Source: a virus. Taken from it: a stretch of 17,190 nucleotides of DNA. The stretch lies in the UHGV virus genome UHGV-0169021; one strand, given 5' to 3'. Positions 1 through 7,077 of the stretch are shown here, piece by piece (positions within the stretch are counted from its first letter, which is position 1; every line of letters starts with the position of its first letter). The notes beneath the pieces were generated by a model, which saw only the letters and a program-made list of their open reading frames with translations, was not told the origin of the DNA and made no database searches. Position numbers and translations under genes: made by a program.

Positions 1-136
1 ATTTACGGTTTTTACGTGGTTTTAGGGATAAACACAAGAATGGTGTCCCCTGCAGACATCTACTTGACGCGGCAGGGGATTGATTGGAATGATGTTTTTT
101 AGATGTGAGAAATATTTTACCCGCTATTTTACCCAT
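1..136 (-). CDS. Partial ORF of unknown function running off the left window edge (sits where an integrase would be expected)
   Basis: ATG at 136..134 overlaps the xis 3' end by 8 nt and the frame stays open to position 1 (MGKIAGKIFLTSKKHHSNQ...). No recognisable integrase N-terminal motif, so the call is positional only. Confidence 0.2.
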   Translation of the reverse strand, partial: MGKIAGKIFLTSKKHHSNQSPAASSRCLQGTPFLCLSLKPRKNRK

Positions 137-329
137 TGGCGCGGCTTAAGAGCTTATTTTTGAATTCACAATGGTCACGATATAACCATCTTGCTCGTCC
201 GTGGATAACTTTGGCTTTAGGCAGGTCGCCGGACTTAATCCGGTCATAGATGAAGGTCTTACCGAAGCCAGTATCAGCCATGATGAATTTCAAATCAACC
301 AGTGAATCAGGTTGTAGTTCGTGTTGCAT
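129..329 (-). CDS. xis: Excisionase / AlpA-family small DNA-binding protein
   Basis: 66 aa; ATG at 329..327; the motif DLKFIMADTGFGKTFIYDRIKSGDLPKAKVIHGRARWL resembles the AlpA/Xis winged-helix pattern; last gene of the leftward operon. Confidence 0.6.
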   Translation of the reverse strand: MQHELQPDSLVDLKFIMADTGFGKTFIYDRIKSGDLPKAKVIHGRARWLYRDHCEFKNKLLSRANG

Positions 330-375
330 GAGTGCTATCTCCGAATAGGGAATCGAACCTGCAAATCAGGCAATA

Positions 376-395
376 AAAAACCGCCATCAGGCGGC
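376..395 (-). terminator. Intrinsic terminator on the minus strand
   Basis: Minus-strand RNA reads GCCGCC-UGAU-GGCGG followed by UUUUUUAUU; lies between the zinc-ribbon gene and xis. Confidence 0.5.
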
Positions 396-460
396 TTGGT
401 GTTCTTTCAGTTCTTCAATTCGAATATTGGTTACATTGTTTTCATATATGAATAAATAAA

Positions 461-640
461 TTAGTTTTTTTCGTTGCCTTCGCGTTCTTTATTAATTTTA
501 ACAAACTCGTTTTTACCACGCTCTCCAAATGCGTCTTTAGAGTCGTTGTATCCGCAATCGCAGCACACATAATCACCAGACCATCCACGCATTGTTTTTT
601 CTTTTGCAATATTTCCAGAACCGCATTTTGGACAAGACAT
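461..640 (-). CDS. Small zinc-ribbon protein (CxxC...CxxC)
   Basis: The ORF-track start at 673 is TTG; an internal ATG at 640..638 is preceded by GGAGG with 7-nt spacing. Product MSCPKCGSGN...YVCCDCGYN has two Cys pairs. Confidence 0.5.
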   Translation of the reverse strand: MSCPKCGSGNIAKEKTMRGWSGDYVCCDCGYNDSKDAFGERGKNEFVKINKEREGNEKN

Positions 641-736
641 ATCACTACCTCCAAAGCATGAGTGAGATGACAACGTAACATTGATTGGAGATTAACAATA
701 GATTGCTGATGTAAAAGATATGTATAAGCTTCGCTT

Positions 737-1303
737 TCAAAGTGGAGGCTCTGGTAGCGGCATCCAGTGAGTTACGTCATCCAAGATATATCCTGATAAA
801 TACGTGAAAGCTCTATATTTTTTGTAATCAATTGGATTTACAACCCAGTTCCAATATGCGGCCACGATTTCACCTTGACTAAATGCCAGTAACATTTTGG
901 TGTCTTCCGGCATTCGATCACTACAGCTTATCCAACCATCCGGAGTTACCGGAGAGTTGCCATTTACATCGAAGTTTGGCTCTGCGTCCTGAACCAGGAG
1001 GATGTAACCATTCTTGGCTGTATCAAGTTCTAACGCCTCGGTGACGGTGCCGAAATATCGATTACCTAAATCAGCATCACAAGTGCTTACATCAATGGAA
1101 ACTTCCATGCCTTCGATTAATTCTGGCAAGTTGTAAGTTTGGCTTACAGGTTCTGCACTATCGGCTTCGCGCCGCTTCTGTAGCTCTGCTGCCATCGCTC
1201 TCACGACTTCAACTGGTGCCCTTGCAGCAAACTCTATGTTGGTGATCAGCTCATTAAGATATTGCTCGCTGGGATACTGTTTCTTATCGGTTAAAGGGGT
1301 CAT
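737..1303 (-). CDS. DUF551-like phage protein
   Basis: The track start at 1384 is TTG and would overlap the upstream gene; ATG at 1303..1301 lies 1 nt after the upstream TGA stop. C-terminus ...HWMPLPEPPL resembles the DUF551 signature as I recall it. Confidence 0.55.
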   Translation of the reverse strand: MTPLTDKKQYPSEQYLNELITNIEFAARAPVEVVRAMAAELQKRREADSAEPVSQTYNLPELIEGMEVSIDVSTCDADLGNRYFGTVTEALELDTAKNGYILLVQDAEPNFDVNGNSPVTPDGWISCSDRMPEDTKMLLAFSQGEIVAAYWNWVVNPIDYKKYRAFTYLSGYILDDVTHWMPLPEPPL

Positions 1304-1304
1304 A

Positions 1305-1895
1305 TCACTCTCCTTTGATGCGAATGCCTGCGGCGCGTGGCACATTAACTTCCACGATGCGCACTGTTGGTTTGTACATCTCAATCGCTGTCAGCCAGTC
1401 AGCTCCTGTCATGCGCTTTTCCGCATCGCCATTAGTCCACTGAACCGGTACACCAATAGCCTTCATAGCGATTTCTATTTCCCCGGCAATGGCGCTTTTT
1501 CCGCAACCAGTAAAACCAGATACAACGACCAGAACTTCACCTTTGGCTGGTTTTATTTCCCGCGCTTCCAGTTCAGCAATGCGCTTACTCCCATCCGAGA
1601 TAACACCTTCGTAATATTCACGCTGTTCGTTGAGTTTTGATTTTGCTTCCTCAAGCTCAACACGCAGCTTCCCTACCGTTAGTGCAATATCCTCGTTCTC
1701 CTGGTCGCGGCGTTTGATGTATTGCTGGTTTCTTTCCAGTTCATCCAACAATGCCAGCGCGATATCTGGCGAAAAGTGCTTCATAAAATCGTTAAGCGCA
1801 TTAATTCGCTGATCGAAAGGCATTACAGGTGCTTCACCAGCAATTTTTGTTTTTTCAGCGATTTCACGAAGCTTTTGATAATCAATCTTGCTCAC
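1305..1895 (-). CDS. ead/Ea22-like protein with a C-terminal Walker-A-like motif
   Basis: GTG start at 1895..1893 preceded by AAGGAGG (7-nt spacing) and overlapping the upstream TGA (GTGA). N-terminus [15 protein letters not shown] is typical of Ea22-like proteins as I recall; central coiled coil; GFTGCGKSA P-loop-like motif near the C-terminus. Confidence 0.6.
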   Translation of the reverse strand: MSKIDYQKLREIAEKTKIAGEAPVMPFDQRINALNDFMKHFSPDIALALLDELERNQQYIKRRDQENEDIALTVGKLRVELEEAKSKLNEQREYYEGVISDGSKRIAELEAREIKPAKGEVLVVVSGFTGCGKSAIAGEIEIAMKAIGVPVQWTNGDAEKRMTGADWLTAIEMYKPTVRIVEVNVPRAAGIRIKGE

Positions 1896-2431
1896 TGGTT
1901 GCCTCCTTTGCGAAGCTGTTCAGCAATACTTACGCATATCTCTGCGCCTCTAATCAGCCCCGGAACGTTCTTGTTTGGCCCAACTTCACCATCAACAAAA
2001 TCAATCATCGCGTTACGAGCCATATCCACCCCCTGCGCACGTACTTCAGCCAGGAGAGCGTCGGTAGCTGGGGTTTCAACACAGATGCTGTCGCGCAAGA
2101 TGAAAAATGCATTGAGCATCCCAGTCTCCGGCACTTCATCCTGATACTTCTCATACGCATCAAGAGCCTTCATCATCTCAGGTCCGAATGGTTGAGGGTG
2201 CGCAGATTTCAGTCTCGCATTCTCCGCCGCCAGCGCCGCGCACTTTGCTTCAAGGTTATCAATCGTGATTCCAGCAGAACGACACTCCCGCAACGCCGTT
2301 TCTAGTTTTGATTCAAGTTCACCGAACTTACGGACAAGATATTCAGCGTTTGTTTCGTTAACCTTTAAATCTCGTGGGATGCATTCACCTTTCAGAAAAC
2401 CATCCATCTCAATTAGTGTCATTTGTTTCAT
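1892..2431 (-). CDS. Coiled-coil early-region protein (Ea22-like region)
   Basis: The track start at 2449 is GTG; ATG at 2431..2429 overlaps the upstream stop (ATGA). Predicted coiled-coil-rich product; start choice is uncertain (a further ATG lies at 2422). Confidence 0.5.
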   Translation of the reverse strand: MKQMTLIEMDGFLKGECIPRDLKVNETNAEYLVRKFGELESKLETALRECRSAGITIDNLEAKCAALAAENARLKSAHPQPFGPEMMKALDAYEKYQDEVPETGMLNAFFILRDSICVETPATDALLAEVRAQGVDMARNAMIDFVDGEVGPNKNVPGLIRGAEICVSIAEQLRKGGNQ

Positions 2432-2592
2432 TTCTTCCCACTCCGCCACATCGCATTCAGATATTTGTTTTGATTCACTGATGGAAAAGAATTTCTCTTA
2501 AGCAATTCCTCTCTCGATGGCATTGGCTTTACGCGTTGGCGAATAATCATTTCTGCCGGAAGAATGCCGGGATTGTATGCAAGTCCTCTCAT
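2428..2592 (-). CDS. Small hypothetical protein (54 aa)
   Basis: The track ORF 2428..2742 overlaps the upstream gene; an internal ATG at 2592..2590 is preceded by GAGGA and lies just after the upstream stop at 2603. Confidence 0.3.
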   Translation of the reverse strand: MRGLAYNPGILPAEMIIRQRVKPMPSREELLKRNSFPSVNQNKYLNAMWRSGKK

Positions 2593-2602
2593 GGTAAATT
2601 CC

Positions 2603-2896
2603 TCAGTCATTACTGATAGCGCCATAGCGTGAGCGGTAATTACGCAGGCGCGGGTCAATTTCAGGGAAGTGGGTATATGTGGCTTTGCGGAATGGTCGGA
2701 TTGATGTCTGGTAAATTCGCTCGCGTTCTTCTTTCTCTGCAAGCCATATACAGTGGCGAAATTCCTTTTCCTCTTTCGTTTCCTGCGGTAGCGACATTAT
2801 CCGGTCGTAGTTTTTCCTGAATTTATCCAGCACCTCCGATACGGAATTGCCGGAACAGCGGCGCGCGTCATCCGCACCATACAGAGGCGCTGGCAT
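2603..2896 (-). CDS. Hypothetical early-region protein (97 aa)
   Basis: ATG at 2896..2894 with AAGGA upstream; basic and acidic mixed product, no family recognised. Confidence 0.5.
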   Translation of the reverse strand: MPAPLYGADDARRCSGNSVSEVLDKFRKNYDRIMSLPQETKEEKEFRHCIWLAEKEERERIYQTSIRPFRKATYTHFPEIDPRLRNYRSRYGAISND

Positions 2897-2919
2897 AATG
2901 GAATCCTTATTTTGCTAAT

Positions 2920-3303
2920 TTAGAAGGGAATTGAATCGTCGTATTCAGGATGATTTTGATGATTGCTACTTTGTTGCTGTTGGCTGTTTCCTGAAGTTGC
3001 AAATCCAATCTTTGCATTCAGTAATTCAAGAGTGATTGATTGGCCATTTTGCCCCTGATAAACATCAACCCTGATGTTTTCTCCGGTAATTTCCACAATG
3101 CCACCTTCAACAAGAACACTACGGTAGTAATCCGCTTGCGCTCCCGGCTTGGCAAATACAACGGCGCTGTAGTTTGTCCATTCTTTCTTTTTTGTCTGGC
3201 GATCGTAATACTGAACGCCAGCACGGATGTTGAATCCGATATTTTCCCCGGCCTGAAACTCTCTTGCGGGTTTGTTTAGTCTTACAGTAATCGAATGTGC
3301 CAT
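2920..3303 (-). CDS. ssb: Phage single-stranded DNA-binding protein (short Ea10-like SSB)
   Basis: 127 aa with an OB-fold-like N-terminal part, a Gln/Ser-rich linker and the acidic SSB tail ...EYDDSIPF; ATG at 3303..3301 overlaps the erf stop (TAATG). Confidence 0.8.
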   Translation of the reverse strand: MAHSITVRLNKPAREFQAGENIGFNIRAGVQYYDRQTKKKEWTNYSAVVFAKPGAQADYYRSVLVEGGIVEITGENIRVDVYQGQNGQSITLELLNAKIGFATSGNSQQQQSSNHQNHPEYDDSIPF

Positions 3304-3908
3304 TAAGCAGCCGCTCCTTCTAATTCGTCTCGTCTGATGTTGTAAACGTCCTGCGCTTTGTGCTGCTCAGGTGTGCCTTCGAGCATCTTCCACGCTTTGG
3401 CGAACGCCTGTTTAAGCTCTTCCACGGTGTTTTTCTGCATTGCTGCGTCAGTGAATGCTTTTAGAACCTGTTCAGGTGTAGGTGATGGTTTTGATTGCTT
3501 TGCTGCTGCGTTCTGCTGATGTTTATGCTCGTCTGTATCTGCATCTTTCGCATCATCAATGCCGAATAAACCATTGAGGCAATACTTGCGTGCATAAGAG
3601 CTTGTAGCTCCCGTAACTTGTGCAGAATCCATCCCTTTCTTGCTTTCTTCCTCTCGTGCAAGAGCGGTTGCCGTATGACTGTTTTCGCCATCGGTAATAG
3701 TTGCCGTGGCTTTCACGTAATACCGATCACCAATCAACACAACTTCATCGCTGATTGATAAAAACAGACCATTCAGTAACGGCTTAACGCCTTCAAGAAT
3801 ATCTTCGCAGCTTCTGTATTTATATTTGCCGAATGAGTTGTACTGATTCTTTGGCGCGTTCAGATTCTCCTGAATAGCTGCCAGTCTTGCGTAAAATTCT
3901 TTGCTCAT
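3303..3908 (-). CDS. erf: Erf-family single-strand annealing recombinase
   Basis: Product MSKEFYARLAAIQENLNAPKNQYNSFGKYKYRSCEDILEG... closely matches my recollection of P22 Erf. The track start at 3938 is TTG; the first ATG is 3908..3906. Confidence 0.85.
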   Translation of the reverse strand: MSKEFYARLAAIQENLNAPKNQYNSFGKYKYRSCEDILEGVKPLLNGLFLSISDEVVLIGDRYYVKATATITDGENSHTATALAREEESKKGMDSAQVTGATSSYARKYCLNGLFGIDDAKDADTDEHKHQQNAAAKQSKPSPTPEQVLKAFTDAAMQKNTVEELKQAFAKAWKMLEGTPEQHKAQDVYNIRRDELEGAAA

Positions 3909-3918
3909 ATGATTGTTC

Positions 3919-4089
3919 TCAGAATGGACACGGCCCAAGGAAATAACGCTGATTTAATACTTCGACTCGGGACAAATTAAGGCATACCCGCATTCCTTCG
4001 CGGTCGCCATTATGGCGATACCAGAGAGCTTTCTGCGTGTACATGCGTCTCTGTAACTTGCTCTCCTTCACTGTGGTTGCAAGTGACAT
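3919..4089 (-). CDS. Small protein in the arf/kil position (56 aa)
   Basis: Not in the ORF track (under 60 aa). ATG at 4089..4087 preceded by AAGGAGA at 6-nt spacing; TGA at 3921..3919. Overlaps an alternative 52-aa frame (see findings). Confidence 0.3.
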   Translation of the reverse strand: MSLATTVKESKLQRRMYTQKALWYRHNGDREGMRVCLNLSRVEVLNQRYFLGPCPF

Positions 4090-4164
4090 GAAAATCTCCT
4101 TCGTTACCGATTAATTCTTTCATCTGACGAATGAATTCTTCGTCTGACCAGTTATCTGTAAAAC

Positions 4165-4317
4165 TCATTTCCTGCGATACCACGGAAGGTTGATAGCTGA
4201 TTTCATCGCTTTATTTGCTTCAAGCCACATTTTGGAATCACCAATAAATCTGGCTATTACTGCTTTGTTCTGTGCAGCACGAAGCATCTGGTGATTGATG
4301 GCTATTTCATTGCGCAT
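4165..4317 (-). CDS. Kil-position small protein (putative host-killing/division-inhibition peptide)
   Basis: 50 aa, MRNEIAINHQMLRAAQNKAVIARFIGDSKMWLEANK...; ATG at 4317..4315 preceded by GGAGG; located immediately downstream of cIII as kil is in lambda and P22. Call is positional plus size; sequence recall is weak. Confidence 0.4.
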   Translation of the reverse strand: MRNEIAINHQMLRAAQNKAVIARFIGDSKMWLEANKAMKSAINLPWYRRK

Positions 4318-4436
4318 AACGCCTCCAGTTGTTTCTTTGCTGCTCTGATTAATTGTTTAACTCGGCGTGATAATTCAGATTCGTGCGGGTAGAAAGCGGA
4401 CATGACGCCGCTACCCGCGAGCTGAAAGTGCATCAT
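4302..4436 (-). CDS. cIII: CIII-family protease (FtsH) inhibitor
   Basis: 44 aa, MMHFQLAGSGVMSAFYPHESELSRRVKQLIRAAKKQLEALCAMK; the central ES-L-R-L-KK-L helix pattern and the N-terminal QxAG resemble lambda CIII (QYAIAG...ESLLERITRKLRDGWKRL). AAGGAG RBS upstream. Confidence 0.65.
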   Translation of the reverse strand: MMHFQLAGSGVMSAFYPHESELSRRVKQLIRAAKKQLEALCAMK

Positions 4437-4519
4437 GGGTAACTCCTTATATTTGATTGCATAACGAAAACGCCTCGAGTGAAGCGTTATTGGTATGCGG
4501 TAAAGCCGCGCTCAGGCGG

Positions 4520-4768
4520 CTACTCTATTTCTTCTTCGAATGATTTTATTAGTCGGTCAATAACATCATCCGTTTCAATATCATTTCCGTCTGATTGCTT
4601 TAATACATCTATTGATTCTGCAGCGGTAAATTCCATCGCTGTGAGAAACTCGACAATTGCACACTCAACGACATATCGTTCTTCATCTGTACGACATGAG
4701 ATAAAAGAGCATTTAATTGCTGTTATTACTTTTTGTTTAAGTTCTGCAGGATAATCAGTTTTTATCAT
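4520..4768 (-). CDS. Acidic hypothetical protein (82 aa)
   Basis: ATG at 4768..4766 with GGAG RBS; about 20 acidic versus 9 basic residues; placed directly after an intrinsic terminator. Confidence 0.5.
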   Translation of the reverse strand: MIKTDYPAELKQKVITAIKCSFISCRTDEERYVVECAIVEFLTAMEFTAAESIDVLKQSDGNDIETDDVIDRLIKSFEEEIE

Positions 4769-4781
4769 CGTTTACTCCGTT

Positions 4782-4809
4782 AAAAAAACTGCCCTCACAT
4801 TGGAGGGCA
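4782..4809 (-). terminator. Intrinsic terminator on the minus strand, just upstream of the 82-aa gene
   Basis: Minus-strand RNA: 7-bp stem UGCCCUC / GAGGGCA with a 6-nt loop, followed by GUUUUUUUA. Confidence 0.5.
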
Positions 4810-4870
4810 AAGAAGATTTCCAATAATCAGAACAAGTCGGCTCCTGTTTAGTTACGAGCGACATTGCTCC

Positions 4871-4898
4871 GTGTATTCACTCGTTGGAATGAATACAC
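4871..4898. repeat. Perfect 9-bp inverted repeat GTGTATTCA-N10-TGAATACAC
   Basis: Read directly from the sequence; lies in the intergenic gap between the 107-aa acidic gene and the terminator. Confidence 0.6.
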
Positions 4899-4942
4899 AG
4901 TGCAATGTTTATTCTGTTGTTTATGCCAAAAATAAAGGCCGA

Positions 4943-5266
4943 CTATTCGTCCTTATCTACATTCCTGAACCAAACGCAGATCGGACCGTCTTCTGTATCG
5001 TGAATCGAACCGACAAACCATCCTTCTCCATCTGGCATGCTTGGCTCCCATCCACTGATGTTTTGATTCCCATCTTCAAAATACGCGTCAATTACCGTTT
5101 GATTGTTGTCGTTTTCCATTTCAACAATTGATGATTCAATGCCATGCTGCTTGCAGAAAGATCTGAACTCATCAGCTGAAATTACCTCTCTATCCCCAAA
5201 CAGGTTGGCGTATTCTGGGTGCGTCCAGTAGCCATCCTCGCTTCGCTCTACTACTAATGCTTCCAT
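4943..5266 (-). CDS. Highly acidic hypothetical protein (107 aa)
   Basis: ATG at 5266..5264 with GAGGTG RBS at 5-nt spacing; about 25 Asp/Glu versus about 5 Lys/Arg; no family recognised. Confidence 0.6.
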   Translation of the reverse strand: MEALVVERSEDGYWTHPEYANLFGDREVISADEFRSFCKQHGIESSIVEMENDNNQTVIDAYFEDGNQNISGWEPSMPDGEGWFVGSIHDTEDGPICVWFRNVDKDE

Positions 5267-5375
5267 ATATCACCTCAAATAAGTGGTTTGCTGCCTAATT
5301 TCATTTTCTGTCGACCAACACAAGTCACACCCATTTCACTGCGTGGCTTGCGGTAGTAAATTCGGTTAGTTCAGA

Positions 5376-5402
5376 CAATAAAAAACCCACCGAAGTGGGC
5401 TA
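5376..5402 (-). terminator. Intrinsic terminator directly after the Nun-like gene
   Basis: Minus-strand RNA: GCCCAC-UUCG-GUGGGU followed by UUUUUUAUU; the stem begins within the TAG stop codon. Confidence 0.6.
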
Positions 5403-5732
5403 TGACCATTTTTTATTTGGATTTCGTTGGTGAGCATGATTAACAACTCTGTGCATTACATCCTCATATTTTTCATCTTCAATTTTTTCGACATCGCGAG
5501 GAAATGGTGTTGCTAATGCTTTGTCAACTTTATCCATTGGGTCTTCATTAATCTTATATTCAGGACCGTCATCTATAGCATTAAATCCAGGTGTTACACC
5601 GTTTTTTAATGCATATGCTATCCTCTTTTCCCATCTCGCTATTCTCCTCCTGTCTCGAGATGTAAGACCTCTATCAGATACTTTTCTGTTTTGTCCGCGG
5701 TCAGGATTAACATAAATAGTCTTTTTCACCAT
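5400..5732 (-). CDS. nun: Nun-like transcription-termination / phage-exclusion factor (HK022 Nun family)
   Basis: Arginine-rich motif RGLTSRDRRRIARWEKRIAYALK at residues 22-44 counted from MVKK..., three histidines (HRVVNHAH) and a penultimate Trp (..KKWS), matching the architecture I recall for HK022 Nun. The track start is TTG; ATGs at 5738 and 5732 lie 2 and 8 nt after the N stop. Confidence 0.7.
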   Translation of the reverse strand: MVKKTIYVNPDRGQNRKVSDRGLTSRDRRRIARWEKRIAYALKNGVTPGFNAIDDGPEYKINEDPMDKVDKALATPFPRDVEKIEDEKYEDVMHRVVNHAHQRNPNKKWS

Positions 5733-5740
5733 AAGCATAC

Positions 5741-6046
5741 TCAATAAGCACCGTACGGTAGTTTACTGTACAATTTTATTTTTTGGACTGCATGTATTTT
5801 GTTTCCTAATGGGTTTGAATCCTTGTAATAAATACTTCTATTTTTTCGAACGACTTCTTCTTTCTTCTTGCAGCAAAGGCTTCCTAGTGAAGCTGCTTTG
5901 TCTGCTCTGACGCAACCAGAGAGCTTTAGCGCAATTTTTCGCGCCAGTGCTTCATTACTGCGTCGCTCGGCAATAAGTTCTGCTCTGCGAGCTTTGTAGC
6001 GGCTTTTTGCCGTACCTTTGGATTCTTTCCAGACAATGGTTACCAT
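5741..6046 (-). CDS. N: Antitermination protein N, phi21-type arginine-rich motif
   Basis: Contains GTAKSRYKARRAELIAERR, matching my recollection of the phage 21 N ARM peptide; ATG at 6046..6044 preceded by AAGGAG; first gene downstream of PL and nutL. Confidence 0.8.
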   Translation of the reverse strand: MVTIVWKESKGTAKSRYKARRAELIAERRSNEALARKIALKLSGCVRADKAASLGSLCCKKKEEVVRKNRSIYYKDSNPLGNKIHAVQKIKLYSKLPYGAY

Positions 6047-6156
6047 GATGGTCTCCTTTAAGTGGCTTTGGCGCATGACGCGTCGAGGTGCTTATCTTCT
6101 CGATCGCTGTCTTGCAGCTGCAATTCGCGCCATCCCCAAAACCACTCAAGTTCTGG

Positions 6157-6196
6157 TCTCAACGGTTAGGTTGAGAGTCCGTCGATGTTAAAGAGC
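6157..6196 (-). promoter_or_regulatory. nutL: nutL (boxA plus boxB)
   Basis: Minus-strand boxA GCTCTTTAACA (6196..6186), then boxB hairpin UCUCAAC-CUAACC-GUUGAGA (6176..6157); same loop as the nutR boxB. Confidence 0.7.
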
Positions 6197-6242
6197 CTGC
6201 CAATCTGTTCCGTTTGGCTTCCAGCGTCCTGCTGATGGCTTA

Positions 6243-6296
6243 AATTTAAGACTTCTTAATTTATTGGTCAAGTGCATTTTTGAAGAAAACTTAATT
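6243..6296 (-). promoter_or_regulatory. PL promoter with OL operator(s)
   Basis: Minus strand TTGACC (6271..6266), 17-nt spacer, TAAATT (6248..6243); the 18-bp operator ATTTAAGACTTCTTAATT (6244..6261) shares half-sites with the OR sites; a second weaker site lies near 6279..6296. Confidence 0.55.
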
Positions 6297-6340
6297 TTAT
6301 GGGCGTGAATTTAGTTTGTCTTTGATTTTTAACGGGAAAT

Positions 6341-6360
6341 AAAAAAGGGGCGAAAGCCCC
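6341..6360 (-). terminator. Intrinsic terminator after the repressor gene
   Basis: Minus-strand RNA: GGGGC-UUUC-GCCCC followed by UUUUUUAUUU, immediately after the c2 TAA stop at 6363..6361. Confidence 0.6.
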
Positions 6361-7011
6361 TTAAGGAAGGTTTGCTAGCTTGGCATCAACGACAACGCCA
6401 ATGATTTTACAGTTCCCATTGATTTCAATCATTGGGTATTGTGGATTGAGTGGTTTCAGGAATTTTCTACCGGCATCAATAACTAACTTTTTGAATGTCG
6501 CCTCGTTTTCTCCTTCAAGTTTGGCGACTACCAGCTTTCCATTACGTGGTTCGACTTCTGGGTCGACGAGAATAATCATCCCCTCAGGAATACTCAGTCC
6601 TGCCGGGGCAGTCATTGAATCGCCTTTAACGTCGAGCCAAAAAGAGTCTTCAGAACAATCTACCGTTGTGTCGTACCAGTTATCTATTGCACGCCTATGA
6701 TATGGCTCTACAGCTTCCATCCAACATCCTGCGCTTACCCAACTAATTAGAGGATACGAACCTCTTGGATCATGCCTGCTGTGATAGGCAATGTTTGAAA
6801 GACTATCCTCTCCTTTCAACAGGTAATCAGGGGAGCACTGCAAAGCCTTGGCTAAGGCCAATAGGTTTTCGCCATTGGGCTCAGTTTCAGATCGCTCCCA
6901 TTGGGAAATAGCAACATTAGACACGCCAACCATCTTGCCAAGGGCAGCCTGCCTAATCTTGAGTTCTTTTCTGCGAGCGCGAATACGCTCACCCATCAGT
7001 TGTGTATTCAT
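6361..7011 (-). CDS. c2: CI-type repressor (P22 c2-like), HTH plus LexA-like S24 autopeptidase domain
   Basis: 216 aa; N-terminal HTH (...QAALGKMVGVSNVAISQWERSE...), C-terminal GDSM active-site serine region; matches my recollection of P22 c2. ATG at 7011..7009 abuts OR3. Confidence 0.9.
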   Translation of the reverse strand: MNTQLMGERIRARRKELKIRQAALGKMVGVSNVAISQWERSETEPNGENLLALAKALQCSPDYLLKGEDSLSNIAYHSRHDPRGSYPLISWVSAGCWMEAVEPYHRRAIDNWYDTTVDCSEDSFWLDVKGDSMTAPAGLSIPEGMIILVDPEVEPRNGKLVVAKLEGENEATFKKLVIDAGRKFLKPLNPQYPMIEINGNCKIIGVVVDAKLANLP

Positions 7012-7077
7012 AGTTAAGACATCTTAAATAAACTTGACTTAAGATTCCTTTGGTGGATAATTTAAGTGTTCTTTAAT
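7012..7077. promoter_or_regulatory. OR operators (three 18-bp sites about 24 bp apart) with PR and divergent PRM
   Basis: AGTTAAGACATCTTAAAT (7012..7029), weaker ACTTAAGATTCCTTTGGT (7036..7053), ATTTAAGTGTTCTTTAAT (7060..7077); PR is TTGACT (7034..7039), 17-nt spacer, ATAATT (7057..7062). Confidence 0.7.

Noticed and set aside
442-681. 79-aa minus-strand ORF overlapping the zinc-ribbon gene
   Set aside because: Alternative frame of the same locus; the zinc-ribbon frame has a strong GGAGG RBS and paired CxxC motifs, this one has neither.
1236-2501. Several plus-strand ORFs (1236..1640, 1630..1812, 1722..2144, 1829..2305, 2265..2501)
   Set aside because: All are antisense to the better-supported minus-strand Ea22-like and DUF551 genes of the leftward operon; Ser/Cys/Phe-rich low-complexity translations.
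3018-3279. ORFs 3018..3224 (minus) and 3040..3279 (plus) inside the SSB gene
   Set aside because: Alternative or antisense frames within a well-supported coding region.
3303-3938. Longer ORF-track starts that translate TTG/GTG as M (for example erf at 3938, N at 6076, DUF551 at 1384, Nun-like at 5744)
   Set aside because: These start codons are non-ATG and lack RBS support; internal ATGs with RBS or translational coupling fit better. GTG starts were kept only where a strong RBS supports them (1895, 10786).
6380-6700. 106-aa plus-strand ORF
   Set aside because: Antisense to the c2 repressor gene, whose identity is well supported.
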